A DNA stretch of 64,000 nucleotides from Antechinus flavipes (Eukaryota), in the NCBI RefSeq assembly GCF_016432865.1, contig NC_067400.1:246078001-246142000 (forward strand), in the 5' to 3' direction. Shown one piece after another: positions 63,150 to 64,000 of this stretch (position 1 is the stretch's first letter; every line of letters begins with the position of its first letter). Position numbers and translations under genes: made by a program. A model generated the notes under the pieces. That model searched no databases and had not been told where the DNA came from. It saw only the letters and a program-made list of their open reading frames with translations.

Positions 63150-64000
63150 AAAACCCCTTGCTACTGGACTGTCAAGGAATCTGTAGTCCTGGAAGGACAT
63201 CACCTTCCATCTGTTTCTACAGCTGTGCTACATGGAAAAACTACCACAACAGAGTCTAGCAATTTCCATGGCACATTCAGGGCAATGATGTGGCAGTGAC
63301 CAATAATGAGCAGGACTCATCCTTCTGAGAAGTGATGCAGACTCTCACCTATCATGAGAACATGATAGTTCTCCACCAACTCCTTCCCAGCAAGTTGGCT
63401 CACCTCTCATACATCATTGTGTCTTTTATGACTTTGCAATAAACTTGTTTCCCTTACTTACCAAAGTTGTTTTCATCTGTCCTGCTTATGTGTCTCCTTG
63501 GATTTTAGGCTATCATCATTAAGAGATTTTCAGCTTTCATGGGTTTATTTGTATCACTGAATAAGTATAGGCCTCTGATACATTTTTGGCAACAAGCAAA
63601 TACCTTTTAAATTTCTGTTCAGAAATGACATTATTTCTATGTAAAATAGCTTTCTCAGATTTGCAGTTCTTACATATAAGTCCATCAAAATACTTACACC
63701 CCATTTATTGAAGGAATGACCTTTTTCTCCTATATTCTCAGGTTCTTCTCTCATATTGTGCCCATAAATAGACAGTACATTTATTGTCAAAGTTTCTAAA
63801 ATAATTTATATGTACTCGGTATCATATTTATGATTTGTAAATTCTAAATACATGATGTCCTTGTTGATTTCAGAATTGTCTTCCCAGTCTCATTTTGGAA
63901 AGCTAGGTGAAACAAAGGATTGAGGAAATGGAGACAGAAAGATTTGTGTTAAAATCGGTCTTCATAGCCTAAGTAATTGAAGGCTTTGTTTGCCTCAATT

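Larger units (their letters stand above)
1493..64000 (+). repeat. Head-to-tail tandem array of KRTAP gene units (15 units: 13 intact, 2 relics; about 3.5-5.6 kb each)
   Basis: The same order of promoter, CDS, 3'UTR, SINE, L2 remnant and CT tract recurs in every unit. ATG-to-ATG spacings: 4499, 7903 (includes relic), 5644 (includes relic), 5267, 5101, 3528, 5631, 5289, 3741, 4073, 5637, 4606. Confidence 0.95.

Noticed and set aside
6498-63259. Overlapping Trp/Leu-rich ([10 protein letters not shown]) and Met/Ala/Glu-rich (MEAMAVEA) ORFs, plus minus-strand IAIASIA ORFs
   Set aside because: Alternative frames of the same low-complexity CDS. The synonymous-site pattern (copy 14399 vs 6496) shows selection acts on the Gly/Tyr frame.
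1-64000. CRISPR-like or prokaryotic systems, tRNA/rRNA genes
   Set aside because: No repeat-spacer arrays or structural RNA genes seen. The only tRNA-like boxes belong to SINEs.

Overview
Mammalian genomic DNA, marsupial judging by its MAR1/WSINE1-type SINEs and L1 3' ends; a dasyurid such as the Tasmanian devil is my inference, not proven. The window is almost entirely a head-to-tail tandem array of single-exon, + strand hair keratin-associated protein genes of the high-glycine/tyrosine class (KRTAP20/KRTAP19-like), with a unit length of about 3.5-5.6 kb. I find 13 intact ORFs (65-97 aa; ATG at 1997, 6496, 14399, 20043, 25310, 30411, 33939, 39570, 44859, 48600, 52673, 58310, 62916). Each has an AATAAA about 220-310 bp after the stop, and all but the first have a TATA box. 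Two further units are gene-less relics: a 3'UTR-only unit at about 10.8 kb and a promoter-only unit at about 18.5 kb. The shared spacer carries a decayed MAR1-like SINE, a decayed L2 fragment and a CT-rich tract that arose inside that L2. Diagnostic L1, LTR and SINE insertions (several with target-site duplications), indels, two inverted templated insertions, a recent roughly 5.8-kb duplication offset by about 18.7 kb and a chimeric gene record birth-and-death evolution. Four N-gaps all fall in the CT tract, and one may hide extra units. Most other ORFs in the supplied track are alternative-frame, antisense or repeat artefacts. I see no new gene class: the novelty lies in the size, structure and history of a lineage-specific KRTAP expansion. 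All alignments were done by eye.
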